A stretch of DNA of 64,000 nucleotides from Planctomycetota bacterium (lineage in GTDB: Bacteria; Planctomycetota; UBA1135; UBA2386). This document shows, one piece after another, positions 40,547 to 50,293 of the stretch (its first letter is position 1; every line of letters begins with the position of its first letter). The DNA lies in assembly GCA_046290465.1 (NCBI GenBank), contig JBKAGP010000001.1:4256001-4320000 (forward strand). The letters run 5' to 3'. Made by a program: the position numbers and the translations under genes. A model generated the notes under the pieces. That model saw only the letters and a program-made list of their open reading frames with translations. It ran no database searches and was not told the DNA's origin.

Positions 40547-40953
40547 GCACCGACGTGGTCTACGCCGTCGAGCCGGAGCTCGCGGTCGCGGAGTTCGCCG
40601 ACGTGTTGTGCCGATCGACGCTCGGCGAGCGGCGCCCGGTCGACGACGAACCGCGCCTCGCCGGCATGCTCGCCCAGGCCGATGTGATCGTCACCGCGCG
40701 CGACGCGGCCGGGCGGCTGGTCGGCGTGTCGCGCGCGATCACCGACTTCCACTACTGCACCTATCTGTCCGATCTGGCCGTCGACGCTGCGTGGCAGCGC
40801 CAGGGCATCGGGCGCGAGCTGATGGCGCGCACCCATGCCGCCGCCGGCGAACGGACCACGCTGATCCTGCTCGCCGCCCCGCAGGCGCAGGCCTACTACC
40901 CACACGTGGGCTTCGAGCCGCACGGGTCCTGCTGGATCCGGCGGGGCCGGTAG
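40543..40953 (+). CDS. GNAT family N-acetyltransferase
   Basis: YLSDLAVD..WQRQGIGRELM, YYPHVGF; GTGA overlap with pdxT. Confidence 0.9.
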   Translation: MSTDVVYAVEPELAVAEFADVLCRSTLGERRPVDDEPRLAGMLAQADVIVTARDAAGRLVGVSRAITDFHYCTYLSDLAVDAAWQRQGIGRELMARTHAAAGERTTLILLAAPQAQAYYPHVGFEPHGSCWIRRGR

Positions 40954-41051
40954 CGTCGCGTCGCGGCGGACCTGGCCGTCGACCTCGACTCCTGCCGGGT
41001 GATGCGGGCTGACGCTTGGCCGGCGGCCGGCGCGCGTCTACGTTTCGCTGG

Positions 41052-42053
41052 ATGACCGCCCCCCTGCGTGTCGTCTCCTTCGGGCTCGGGCCGATCGGCC
41101 TCGCTGCCGCGTCGCTGCTGCTCGAGAAGCAGTCGCTCGAGCTGGTCGGCGCGATCGACGTGTCGCCCGACAAGGCCGGACGCGATCTGGCCGAACTGCT
41201 CGGACGCGACGAGCCGACCGGCCTCGTCGTCGAGGCCGACGCCGAGGCGGCGCTGGACCGGCTGAGGCCGGACGTCGCGGTGCACTGCACGTCGAGCTTC
41301 CTGCCGGACGTGCAGGAGCAGCTGCTCGCGTGTGCCCGGCGCGGCGTCAGCGTGGTCTCGTCGACCGAAGAGCTGTTGGTCGCCGACCACCAGCACCCGG
41401 AGCTCGCGGCGGCGCTCGACGCGGCCGCGATCGAGGGCGGCGCGTCGATCGTCGGCGCCGGCGTCAATCCGGGCTTCGTGATGGACTACCTGCCGGTGGT
41501 CGCCTCGGCGGCGACGCGGCAGGTGTCGGGCGTTCGCTGCGTGCGCGTGGTCGACGCGGCGACGCGCCGCGAGCCGCTGCAGCGCAAGGTCGGCGCGGGG
41601 CTCAGCAAGTCGGAGTTCCACCGCCTGCTCGATGCCGGTGGCTTCGGGCACATCGGCATGCGCGAGTCGGTCGCGCTGGTCGCGCGCGGCCTGGGGTTCG
41701 AGCTCGACCGCATCGAGCACACGGTCGAACCGGTGTTTGCACCGGAGGACCACAAGACGCCGTTCCTGGTCGTCAAGGAGGGCGAGGTCGCCGGCATCCG
41801 CAACCACGGCTACGGCTACGTCGGGAAGCGCGCCGTCGTGCACCTCGACCTGTCGATGTACGTCGGCGCGCCCGATCCGCACGACCTGATCGAGCTGGAG
41901 TCGGCGCCACCGGTCACGATGCGCTTCCCCGACGGCCTGCCGGGGGACGATGCGACCGCGGCGATCCTGGTGAATCACCTCGCCGGCGCCGACGCCGCGC
42001 CCGACGGTCTGCGCACCGTGCTCGAAGTTCCGGTGCCTCGCGTCGCACGTTGA
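41052..42053 (+). CDS. dihydrodipicolinate reductase / 2,4-diaminopentanoate dehydrogenase family oxidoreductase
   Basis: GLGPIG, STEEL, GAGVNPGFVMD, LQRKVGAG, GHIG..ES, PGDDATAA. Confidence 0.85.
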   Translation: MTAPLRVVSFGLGPIGLAAASLLLEKQSLELVGAIDVSPDKAGRDLAELLGRDEPTGLVVEADAEAALDRLRPDVAVHCTSSFLPDVQEQLLACARRGVSVVSSTEELLVADHQHPELAAALDAAAIEGGASIVGAGVNPGFVMDYLPVVASAATRQVSGVRCVRVVDAATRREPLQRKVGAGLSKSEFHRLLDAGGFGHIGMRESVALVARGLGFELDRIEHTVEPVFAPEDHKTPFLVVKEGEVAGIRNHGYGYVGKRAVVHLDLSMYVGAPDPHDLIELESAPPVTMRFPDGLPGDDATAAILVNHLAGADAAPDGLRTVLEVPVPRVAR

Positions 42054-42081
42054 GGGTCCGGGCGCGTATGATGCGCGCGTT

Positions 42082-43299
42082 GTGAACGCCATCCTCCGCA
42101 GGCCCTCGATCGCTGTCGCCTCCTGCGTCGTCCTCGTGCTCGGCGTGTTCGCCTGGCGGGGCGACCTCGGCCTCGGCGGCAAGCCGGGGAGCGCGCGCGC
42201 CAGTCGTTCGGCCGCCCGCGACGAAGGCCCCGTCGTCGTCCGTCGCCACGCCGACACCCGTCTGCCGCGCGCCGAACGCCGCGGTCGCGTGTTCGACAGC
42301 ATGGGCTTCCTGCTGGTCGGCGCCGAGGTCGTGCCCGCCGACGGCAACTCGCAGAAGACCGACGCCGACGGCGCGTTCTCGATCGATCTCGTCGAGCAGC
42401 GGACCAGCGACCTGCTGGTGCGAGCGGATGGTCGCCGCGCCGAATGGCTGCGCACCTCCGCGGTCGGCCCCGACCCGCTGATCGTGCGGCTCGAGCCGTC
42501 GGCGCCGTGGGACGCGACGCCGCAGGCGCCGCTCGCCGCGCCGCGGCTGCGGGGCGAAGGACAGGTCGTCGGCCCGGACGGCGAACCGCTGCAGAATGCG
42601 TTCGTCAACGTGCTCGGCACCCACTGCTGGGGCCGCACCGACGACATCGGCCGATTCGAGCTGCCGCTGCCGTCCCGCACCGCGACGTTCGTCGTGCACG
42701 CGCCGTCGGCCGAGGACAACGCCGGCGGCCTCGCGGTGCGCACCGAGCCGTTCGTCGCGCCGCGTGCGCGCGGCATCGTGCCGCTGCCGCGCATGGTCGC
42801 GGAGCCGGCCGGATCGATCCGCGGCACCGTGCGCGACCCGCGCGGTGCTCCGGTGGCCGGCCTGCCGGTCGAGGTGCGCGGCGCCGATGGCGTGCGCCGC
42901 GTCGCGACCGGGCCGGGCGGCGTGTTCGTGCTCGGCGGGCTGCTGCCGGCGGAGTACGAGGTCGAGCCGTTTGCCTACCGCGGCGCCGTCGGTGCCGCCT
43001 GCAAGGTCCGCGTCGACCGCAAGGTCGTGCCGTGTGACGTGCAGCTGCAGGGTGTCGAGGAGGCGCGCCTGCGCGTCATCGACGACCGCGGCATGGTCGC
43101 AGCCGGCGTCTGGGTCGCCTCGAGCATCAACGGCGTGCGGCGCGGCGTCGGCCAGGCCGATGTCGGCGGCCGCGTCAGCCTGCCGGTCGCGCCGGCGACC
43201 GAGTTCGAGGTGCGCACCGCCGACAGCTACACGGCGTGCACGGTGCAGCGCTTCGATGCCAGTGCCGAGCCGGCGACGCTGGTGATCAGCCAACCATAG
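42082..43299 (+). CDS. carboxypeptidase regulatory-like domain protein
   Basis: N-terminal anchor; repeated G.V..pdG.P..TD..G.F beta-sandwich units. Confidence 0.75.
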   Translation: MNAILRRPSIAVASCVVLVLGVFAWRGDLGLGGKPGSARASRSAARDEGPVVVRRHADTRLPRAERRGRVFDSMGFLLVGAEVVPADGNSQKTDADGAFSIDLVEQRTSDLLVRADGRRAEWLRTSAVGPDPLIVRLEPSAPWDATPQAPLAAPRLRGEGQVVGPDGEPLQNAFVNVLGTHCWGRTDDIGRFELPLPSRTATFVVHAPSAEDNAGGLAVRTEPFVAPRARGIVPLPRMVAEPAGSIRGTVRDPRGAPVAGLPVEVRGADGVRRVATGPGGVFVLGGLLPAEYEVEPFAYRGAVGAACKVRVDRKVVPCDVQLQGVEEARLRVIDDRGMVAAGVWVASSINGVRRGVGQADVGGRVSLPVAPATEFEVRTADSYTACTVQRFDASAEPATLVISQP

Positions 43300-43349
43300 A
43301 GTGAACGGGTCGCTTGCCTGGAGGTCTGCGGGACCAACAGGCAAGGTGA

Positions 43350-44417
43350 TCAGTTGGTCAGCATGACGCCGGCGTTGCTCAGCGTGAATCCGACCGGGGT
43401 CGCGGCCAGCGCCGCACCCTGGCAGACGACCAGGAAGCCCGGCGCGTTCGGCGGCACGGCAAACGTGTCGCTCGCCTGGCCGGTGGCGTTGGTCGTCCAC
43501 AGGTTGCCGGGCACGATGGCGTTGGCCGGCAGGTAGACGTTGCACGACGGCGGGAACACCGGGGTGCCGAGGCCGGCCGGGCCGTAGTCGATCGCGAGCG
43601 CGTAGAAGGTCGCGCCGATCGACGAGGCCGGCGCCAGCACGTAGTCGAGGTTGACGGTCGTGCCGCTGCTGGCCGGGCCCGTCAGGCCGAGCGCCATCGT
43701 CTGGTTGTTGACCGTGCAGCCGATGCCGTATTCGCCGACCTGGCCGGGCGTCAGGTAGGCCACGTCCAGCGTGACGCCGCCGTTGCTGCTCTCGCGCGAT
43801 TCGAAGCGCTTCGAGGTGCCCGGCCCGAGCGTCTCGTCGCTCTTGATCAGCCAGCCGAAGTTGCTGGGCGGGTTGTCGAGCCAGGTCTGCAGGTCGTCGA
43901 TCAGGCCCTGCTGGAAGCCGCTGCCGCTCAGGCCGGCGCCCTGGATCGGCATCGTGAAGCTCGGGTTGGGGTCGAAGTCGCCGCCGACGTTGGTCCAGAG
44001 CACCGACGGGTAGGAGCGGTGCAGCCAGGTCGCGTCGCCGGCCAGCGCGGTGGTGCCGCCGCCGCCGTTGCCCGGCGCGACCGAGGCGCCCTCGGTCCAG
44101 TCGGCAAGCGCGCGGTGCCAGGTCGTGTCGAGCGGCGTGGTCGTCGACGACAGCGTCGTGTTGGTCGTGATCGTCGCGCTCAGGATGCGCGAGCCGGCCG
44201 GGATCGAGCTGAGGTCGAAGTGCAGCAGCGTGCGACGGATCTTCGGTTGCCCGGTGATGCCGACGAACAGGCCGGTGCCGGCGCCGTTGGCGGTCTGGCC
44301 GGTCGGGTCCTCGTAGAGCGCTGCGTCGCGGTCTGCGGTCAGCGTGACGACCGTCTGTGCCGACAGGGAGGTGGTGACGGCCGCGAGCGCGGCCACGAGG
44401 GTGCGTTTCTTCTTCAT
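43350..44417 (-). CDS. secreted DNRLRE-like domain protein with conserved C-terminal domain
   Basis: signal peptide ending LSAQ; DAALYE..NGAG..RRTLLHFDL; ends GFTLSNAGVMLTN. Confidence 0.8.
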   Translation of the reverse strand: MKKKRTLVAALAAVTTSLSAQTVVTLTADRDAALYEDPTGQTANGAGTGLFVGITGQPKIRRTLLHFDLSSIPAGSRILSATITTNTTLSSTTTPLDTTWHRALADWTEGASVAPGNGGGGTTALAGDATWLHRSYPSVLWTNVGGDFDPNPSFTMPIQGAGLSGSGFQQGLIDDLQTWLDNPPSNFGWLIKSDETLGPGTSKRFESRESSNGGVTLDVAYLTPGQVGEYGIGCTVNNQTMALGLTGPASSGTTVNLDYVLAPASSIGATFYALAIDYGPAGLGTPVFPPSCNVYLPANAIVPGNLWTTNATGQASDTFAVPPNAPGFLVVCQGAALAATPVGFTLSNAGVMLTN

Positions 44418-44467
44418 GTCGGCGAACGGGCGGGCCGCGGCCCGCCTCGGAGGGGCGTTGGGCTCGT

Positions 44468-45535
44468 TTAGTTGGTCAGCATCACGCCGGCGTTGCTCAG
44501 CGAGAAGCCGAGCGGCGTGCTGTCGAGCACGGCTGCCTGCACGACGATCAGGAATCCGGGGAAGCCGGCGGGCACGGTGAAGACGTCGGCGCCCGAGCCG
44601 CCCGACGTGACGAAGGCCGTCGCGCCCGGCAGGATCTGGCCGGTGAGCGGCAGGTAGACGAGGCTGTTGGGCAGCAGCGCCGAGCCGACCGGGTCGAGGT
44701 CGAGCGAGAAGAAGTTCGCGCCGACGCTCGGGGACGGGGCGTTGTTGTAGGTGATCGGCAGGGTCGCGCCGCCGCTGGCGGTGCCGGTCACGTCGAGCTG
44801 GAACGGCGAGCCGTTGACCAGCCAGCCGGTGCCGTAGGTGCCGGTGTCGCCCGGGGCCAGGTAGCTGATCGTCAGGCGCGGCGGGTTGGCGCCGAACTCG
44901 CGCGAGTAGAAGCGACGCGCGGTGGACGGCACCAGCTCGTCGGTCTTCATCAGCCAGCCGAAGTTGCTGCCCGGGTTGTCGAGCCAGTCCTGCACGTCGG
45001 CGACCATGCCGGCGTCGACGGTGGCGGTCGTCGGACCGATCGCAGCCAGGTCGAACGTGAAGCTCGGCGTCGCGACGAAGTCGCCGCCCGGCGTGGTCCA
45101 GTTGGCGTTGGGGAAGTCGGTGTGCAGCCACGTGGTCTCGCCCGCGGCCGAGGTGCCGCCGGCACCGCCGGCACCCGGCGCGACGACCGAGCCTTCGCTC
45201 CAGTCCTGCGTCACGCGGTGCAGGTCGGCCGGGATCGGCAGGAACGCGACCGACTGCGCGACGAACGCGTCGAACTGCACCGACAGGATGCGCGAGCCGG
45301 CGGGGATCTGGCCGGCGATGTCGAAGTGCATCAGCGCGCGGCGCTTGCCGAAGCCGCCGTTGAAGCCGACGACGCCGCAGAACAGCGAGTCGCCGCCACC
45401 GTTGGCCAGCGCACCCGCCGCGTCTTCGTAGAGCGTGGTGTCCTTGTCGGTGGGGATCGTGACCGTCGTCTGCGCCTGGAGAGAAGCGCCGACCGCGAGT
45501 GCGGCGAGGGAAAGCTTGGCGAGGGTGGAGTTCAT
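44468..45535 (-). CDS. secreted DNRLRE-like domain protein, tandem paralog
   Basis: signal peptide ending LQAQ; DTTLYE..NGGG..RRALMHFDI; ends GFSLSNAGVMLTN. Confidence 0.8.
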   Translation of the reverse strand: MNSTLAKLSLAALAVGASLQAQTTVTIPTDKDTTLYEDAAGALANGGGDSLFCGVVGFNGGFGKRRALMHFDIAGQIPAGSRILSVQFDAFVAQSVAFLPIPADLHRVTQDWSEGSVVAPGAGGAGGTSAAGETTWLHTDFPNANWTTPGGDFVATPSFTFDLAAIGPTTATVDAGMVADVQDWLDNPGSNFGWLMKTDELVPSTARRFYSREFGANPPRLTISYLAPGDTGTYGTGWLVNGSPFQLDVTGTASGGATLPITYNNAPSPSVGANFFSLDLDPVGSALLPNSLVYLPLTGQILPGATAFVTSGGSGADVFTVPAGFPGFLIVVQAAVLDSTPLGFSLSNAGVMLTN

Positions 45536-45646
45536 ATGCAGTTGCTTCGCAGCTGGTGGAGTTGCGAGGCGGAGAAGGATAGCGGATCGCGGCCGCGCCG
45601 ACCGGGCGCGCGCGATCTTCATCCCGAGGTTGGAAACGGGTGGGGG

Positions 45647-47320
45647 TTACTTCTTCTTGCCGACGATGAACACGTCACCGTTGCCGATGTCCGCAAGTGC
45701 CGACAGCAGCGCTTCGTTGGCTTCGCCGAGGCCGACGCAGTGGACCCGGATACGGCGGAAAGCGTTCATCCGCTTTACGTCGCGCAGTAGCCAGCAGTCG
45801 AGCTGGCTCGCGCGCGCGCGGCCGCCGGACACGGTCGGCACGACCGCGTAGGGGCCGTGGTAGTTGAGTCGCGGCGTGCGGTTGGTCTCGACGCCGGCCT
45901 CGAGGTCCTTCATCACGCGACCTTCGCCGTAGTCGACGTCGTTGACGTCGAACCCGTCCCAGTTGGGGATGCCGTCGGACAGCAGGAAGATCGTGTCACA
46001 GCCCTCGGTGAGCGCCTTCGCACCGACATAGGTCGGCTCGTCGTCGAGGCCCTTCTTGTTGAGCGCGTAGGCGACGCTGAGGCCGAAGTGCAGGCTGGTC
46101 TCGCCGCGCAGGCGATCGCGACCGTCCTTGAACTCGGCCTGGATCGCGTCGAGCTCGGCCATGGCCTTCTTGATGTTGCCCTTGGACGCCTTGACCATGC
46201 CCCGGGTCGACTCGAGCGTGCCGGCGTCGGTGCCGAACCAGACGATCGAGAAGTACTTGTCCTTGCCCAGGCGCGACAGCGAGATGCGCAGCTGCTCGCG
46301 CGCCAGGTCCCAGCGGGTGCGGATCTGGTGCCACGGCAGGTCGCTCTCGTCGAGCACCATGCTCTTCTTCTTCTTGGCCTGCTTCGGGCCGGTGATCGGG
46401 CCCTTGGGGCGCGCGCTCGGCGCGATCTCCCGCAGCATCGAGTCCGACATGTCGAGCACGTAGCAGAACCGTTCGCCCTCGGTCTCGATGCCGAAGAAGC
46501 GCGGCTTGGCCGACGTGCCGTAGTCCTTCGGCTTCTTGACGTCGCCGCGGTCGAGCAGCTCCAGCCACGGCTCGGGGTCGGTGAACTTGGCCGGGCCGTT
46601 GAGGATCTCCTGCAGGTGGCGCGCCATCTGCACCTTGGCCAGCTCGGACAGCTTGACCCGCTTGTCGAGCAGCCCGATGTAGGCGCGCAGCGCCTCGCGG
46701 TAGTCGTCGTCGTTGACGCGGCCCTTGTTGTGCCAGAGCGCGCCCGTCATCGCGCCGACCAGCAACATGCGGTCGCCGTCCTTGCGCGGGAAGTCGATGC
46801 AGTTGCTGACGATCGCGCGCTTGAGTTCGCCGCGGCTCGACTTGCCGAGCGCGGTGATCGCGGCGGCGCGCTGGTGCACCTTCTTGGCGGTCTGCGCGAT
46901 CTCGATCGCCTTGGCGTCGCCCGTCTCGTCGATCTCGTTGCGCAGCGTGTGGACCCAAAGCCACGTGTCGATCGGCTTGCCGTGCTTCTTGCGCATCTCC
47001 TCGAACCTCGGGAACCACTGCTCGTCCTTGAAGTGCCGACCCAGCAGGTGCGCGATCGTGTAGCGGGTGTGCTCGGGGTAGCTCTTGGCGCTGGCGTAGT
47101 CCTTCTCGAGCTGGGTGAGCGCGGCCGCGTCGCGCGTCTCGGCGAGCTTCTCGCGCCCTTCGAGCTGGTAGAAGAACGACAGTCGGTCGATGCACTCCTG
47201 GTAGCGGGCCAGCGCTTCGGCATAGCCGGGGGTGTCCTGGGCGGACACGGGCGCGGCCACGGCGAGCGCGACCAGCAGGGCGAACGACGGCACGGAAGGC
47301 TTGCGGGGACGGAGCATCAT
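45647..47320 (-). CDS. secreted helical-repeat plus von Willebrand factor A domain protein
   Basis: signal peptide; FFGIE..YVLDMSDSM MIDAS, DTIFLLSDG, IRVHCVGLG. Confidence 0.8.
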   Translation of the reverse strand: MMLRPRKPSVPSFALLVALAVAAPVSAQDTPGYAEALARYQECIDRLSFFYQLEGREKLAETRDAAALTQLEKDYASAKSYPEHTRYTIAHLLGRHFKDEQWFPRFEEMRKKHGKPIDTWLWVHTLRNEIDETGDAKAIEIAQTAKKVHQRAAAITALGKSSRGELKRAIVSNCIDFPRKDGDRMLLVGAMTGALWHNKGRVNDDDYREALRAYIGLLDKRVKLSELAKVQMARHLQEILNGPAKFTDPEPWLELLDRGDVKKPKDYGTSAKPRFFGIETEGERFCYVLDMSDSMLREIAPSARPKGPITGPKQAKKKKSMVLDESDLPWHQIRTRWDLAREQLRISLSRLGKDKYFSIVWFGTDAGTLESTRGMVKASKGNIKKAMAELDAIQAEFKDGRDRLRGETSLHFGLSVAYALNKKGLDDEPTYVGAKALTEGCDTIFLLSDGIPNWDGFDVNDVDYGEGRVMKDLEAGVETNRTPRLNYHGPYAVVPTVSGGRARASQLDCWLLRDVKRMNAFRRIRVHCVGLGEANEALLSALADIGNGDVFIVGKKK

Positions 47321-47404
47321 GGCCGGAGGGTGGGGCGACGACGGGCAGACGGTCGCCAGGGTACGGAGGTCCGACGCCGATGAATAGTCCGGTTCGGCGC
47401 CGGG

Positions 47405-48493
47405 TTACCTATCGGGTTTCCGGTGCCGGAATCGTGCGGCGTAGCGCAGGATCGGCCGTTCGACGAGCCAGTAGGACGCGGTCGCGACGGCGAAGGTCAG
47501 CGCGATCGCGAGGGCCACGGTCGCCGGCCCGGCCGCGGGCAGCAGCAGCGCGTGGTAGATCGGCAGGTGGTACAGGTAGAGCCCGTAGCTGATCCTCCCG
47601 ATGGCGCGCAGCGGCGCGAGCGACAGCGCGCGGTCCGGCGACAACCACAGCTGCCGCGGCGCGATGCACCACATCAGCACGCCGGTGCACAGGATCGCCG
47701 AGTGCGCGCGCACGAACGCCGGTGCGAGCTGCACTGGCCACCAGGTGACGCCGAGCCAGAACACCGGCAGCAGCAGGAACCAGATGTGCGGGTGCAGCAG
47801 CAGGCCGATCGCGGTGGTCGCGACGCCACGGTTGCGCATGCGCGTCGGCGGTGCGGTCAGGCGCGGCTCCGCGTAGGCGACCAGCGAACCTGCCGCCAGG
47901 GTCAGGAAGCGGAACGGCGACAGGCGGTTGACCGCCAGTTCGGCGGTCTTGGCGTCGCAGGTGTAGCCGACCACGACGGCGCCGATCACCGCGGCGGGGA
48001 TCAGCAGCCAGGTGAGCACGCGCGGGCCGAGCCTGGGTGGTCCCCACGCGACGACGAGCGGCCACAGCAGGTAGAAGTGCTCTTCGACGCACAGCGACCA
48101 GGTGTGGCCGAGCGGGTTGGGCGTGCTCGGCCTGGCGAACACGTCGGCGAAGTTGCCGAGGTAGGCGGCGCACCACGCGATCTCGCCGGCCGGCCGCTGG
48201 AACGCCATCACCGCGAGCAGCAGGTAGTAGATCGGGAAGATGCGCAGCAGGCGGCGCAGCAGGAACCAGCGCACCGGCTGGCCGGCCTGCCGTTCGGCGA
48301 TCAGGATGCGCGTGATCAAGAAGCCGCTCAGCGCGAAGAACAGGTCGACGCCGAAGTCGCCCGGCCGGATCCAGAAGCGCGCTTCGGCGAGCCAGAGCGG
48401 GTAGCCGGGAGTCGTCAGCGGCACGTGCACCCACAGCACCAGCAGCACGGCGATCGCGCGCAGTCCGTCGAGGCTGGGGATGTGGCGGGGCAT
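47405..48493 (-). CDS. acyltransferase family 3 (OafA-like) membrane protein
   Basis: LDGLRAIA, GVDLFFALSGFLI, RIFP, HTWSLCVEEHFY, ISYGLYLYH. Confidence 0.93.
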   Translation of the reverse strand: MPRHIPSLDGLRAIAVLLVLWVHVPLTTPGYPLWLAEARFWIRPGDFGVDLFFALSGFLITRILIAERQAGQPVRWFLLRRLLRIFPIYYLLLAVMAFQRPAGEIAWCAAYLGNFADVFARPSTPNPLGHTWSLCVEEHFYLLWPLVVAWGPPRLGPRVLTWLLIPAAVIGAVVVGYTCDAKTAELAVNRLSPFRFLTLAAGSLVAYAEPRLTAPPTRMRNRGVATTAIGLLLHPHIWFLLLPVFWLGVTWWPVQLAPAFVRAHSAILCTGVLMWCIAPRQLWLSPDRALSLAPLRAIGRISYGLYLYHLPIYHALLLPAAGPATVALAIALTFAVATASYWLVERPILRYAARFRHRKPDR

Positions 48494-48549
48494 CTGCCGA
48501 GAACCCTAGCTCCGTTCGCGTGCGATGGCGACGCGGATACGCTGCCCGC

Positions 48550-49092
48550 GTGGGCAAGACCTATCCGGAGATCACCGACGAACTCTCGGCGTGGATGCGT
48601 TCGCAGCACGTCTTCTTCGTTGCCACTGCGCCGTCGGGCGACGGTGGCCACGTCAACTGCTCGCCCAAGGGCAGCGACTCGTTCCGGGTGCTCGGCCCGA
48701 CCACCGTGGCCTACGTCGACCAGACCGGCAGCGGCGTCGAGACCATCGCGCACCTGCGCCAGAACGGCCGCATCGTGGTGATGTTCTGTGCGTTCGAGGG
48801 CGGCCCCAAGATCGTGCGCGTGCACGGCCGCGGCGAGGTCGTGCGTCCCGGCGACGACGGCTTCGCCCAACTGCTCTCACGATTCGACATGCGCGAGCTC
48901 GGCGTGCGCTCGATCATCAAGGTCGAGGCCACCCGCATCAGCGACTCCTGCGGCTACGGCGTCCCGGTCATGACCTTCGACCACGAGCGCGACACGATGG
49001 CGAAGTGGGCCGACAAGAAGGGCCCCGAAGGCGTCGCGCAGTACTGGCGCGACAAGAACGCCTCGAGCCTCGACGGGCTCCCGGGCCTCTAG
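48550..49092 (+). CDS. pyridoxamine 5'-phosphate oxidase-like FMN-binding protein
   Basis: FFVATAP, NCSPKG, TGSGVETIAH, SCGYGVP, SLDGLPG. Confidence 0.9.
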   Translation: MGKTYPEITDELSAWMRSQHVFFVATAPSGDGGHVNCSPKGSDSFRVLGPTTVAYVDQTGSGVETIAHLRQNGRIVVMFCAFEGGPKIVRVHGRGEVVRPGDDGFAQLLSRFDMRELGVRSIIKVEATRISDSCGYGVPVMTFDHERDTMAKWADKKGPEGVAQYWRDKNASSLDGLPGL

Positions 49093-49142
49093 GCCCGCTT
49101 GCCGTAAGTTGCCGTACGGTACGCGGTTCATCCTCCAACTTT

Positions 49143-49232
49143 CGCGACGAACCCGACCGCGACGAACTGGGCCGCGACGAACTGGACCGCGACGAACCCG
49201 ACCGCGACGAACTGGGCCGCGACGAACATCGC
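49143..49232. repeat. six tandem 15-bp repeats (CGCGACGAAC plus 5 variable nt)
   Basis: Variable parts CCGAC, TGGGC, TGGAC, CCGAC, TGGGC, ATCGC; between convergent genes. Confidence 0.9.
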
Positions 49233-49269
49233 CGCGCGGTGGCCAGCCACCCCGCGCGACCCCCTCACC

Positions 49270-50289
49270 TCACCGCCCCTTCACCTCGACCACCCAGTTC
49301 CCCGCCGCATCGTCCTCGACGAACGAGAACGTCACCGGCAGGAACCTCTCGATGATCTCGGCATTGGTGCGCGTGTGCAGGCTCGGTTCGACCGTGCGGA
49401 ACGCGCCGGCGCCGGCCATCGCCATCGGGATCAGCAGCTGGTCGGCGAGGTGTTCGCCGACCGGCACCCGCGCCGCGAGCAGCGAACGGGTCGCCCTGGC
49501 CGCGCGCTCTGCGACGTGCTCGGCGAGCACGCCACGTTCGCCCAGCTGCGCGACGACCTCGTCGACGACGCCGAGTTGCACGTGGCACAGGATCACGTTG
49601 CCGGGACCGGCCGCATCCACGTCGACGATGTCGACCTGCTCGGGACGCAGCTCGAGCCGCTTGCGCAGCACGCTGCACTCGCGGTTGCCGACGCGCGGGT
49701 GCAGGTTGCTGAGCAGGATCTGCGCGGTGACCTCGCCGGGCTCCGGCGCGTCGAGCAGTTCGATCGGCGTCCACGCGGCGGGCGCGGTGCGCGCGCGCAC
49801 TTCGCCCCCGCCGGCCGGGAAGAACCCGTGCCGATCGAGCTGCAGCTCGAGCGACGCGCCCATGCGATGCACGACCGGCGCGAACGTCTTCTTCAGGAAG
49901 TCGAACGGCGGGGCCATCGGGTTGTGCGTGCCGCCGGACAGCCGCACGGTCGAAGGACCGTCCGCCGCCCACAGCGCCGGCAGGATCGTCTGCAGCACCA
50001 GGTTGGTGCTGCCGGCGGTCCCGATCGCGAACTCGTAGTCGCCCGCGTTGCAGGTCTGCGGCGCGAACGTGATCGCCAGCGAGCCGAGCTCGGCGCCCTC
50101 CACGCGCGCGCTGCCGACCCGGGCCGCGGCGAGCACCCCGGTGAGGTGCTGCCGCTGCAGGCCGGGCTTCTTGCGGTTGCCGCGGATGGCGTCGATCGCG
50201 AAGGGCGTGCCGGTGACGAGGGACAGACCCAGCGCCGTGCGCAGGACCTGTCCGCCGCCTTCTCCATGCTTGCCGTCGATACGGATCAT
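49270..50289 (-). CDS. rtcA: RNA 3'-terminal phosphate cyclase
   Basis: GEGGGQVLR, KPGLQRQH, TAGS..LVLQT, GGTHNPMAP, EHLADQL. Confidence 0.95.
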   Translation of the reverse strand: MIRIDGKHGEGGGQVLRTALGLSLVTGTPFAIDAIRGNRKKPGLQRQHLTGVLAAARVGSARVEGAELGSLAITFAPQTCNAGDYEFAIGTAGSTNLVLQTILPALWAADGPSTVRLSGGTHNPMAPPFDFLKKTFAPVVHRMGASLELQLDRHGFFPAGGGEVRARTAPAAWTPIELLDAPEPGEVTAQILLSNLHPRVGNRECSVLRKRLELRPEQVDIVDVDAAGPGNVILCHVQLGVVDEVVAQLGERGVLAEHVAERAARATRSLLAARVPVGEHLADQLLIPMAMAGAGAFRTVEPSLHTRTNAEIIERFLPVTFSFVEDDAAGNWVVEVKGR

Positions 50290-50293
50290 GACA

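Noticed and set aside
49143..49232. CRISPR array
   Set aside because: The constant part is only 10 nt, the 5-nt 'spacers' recur, and there are no cas genes.
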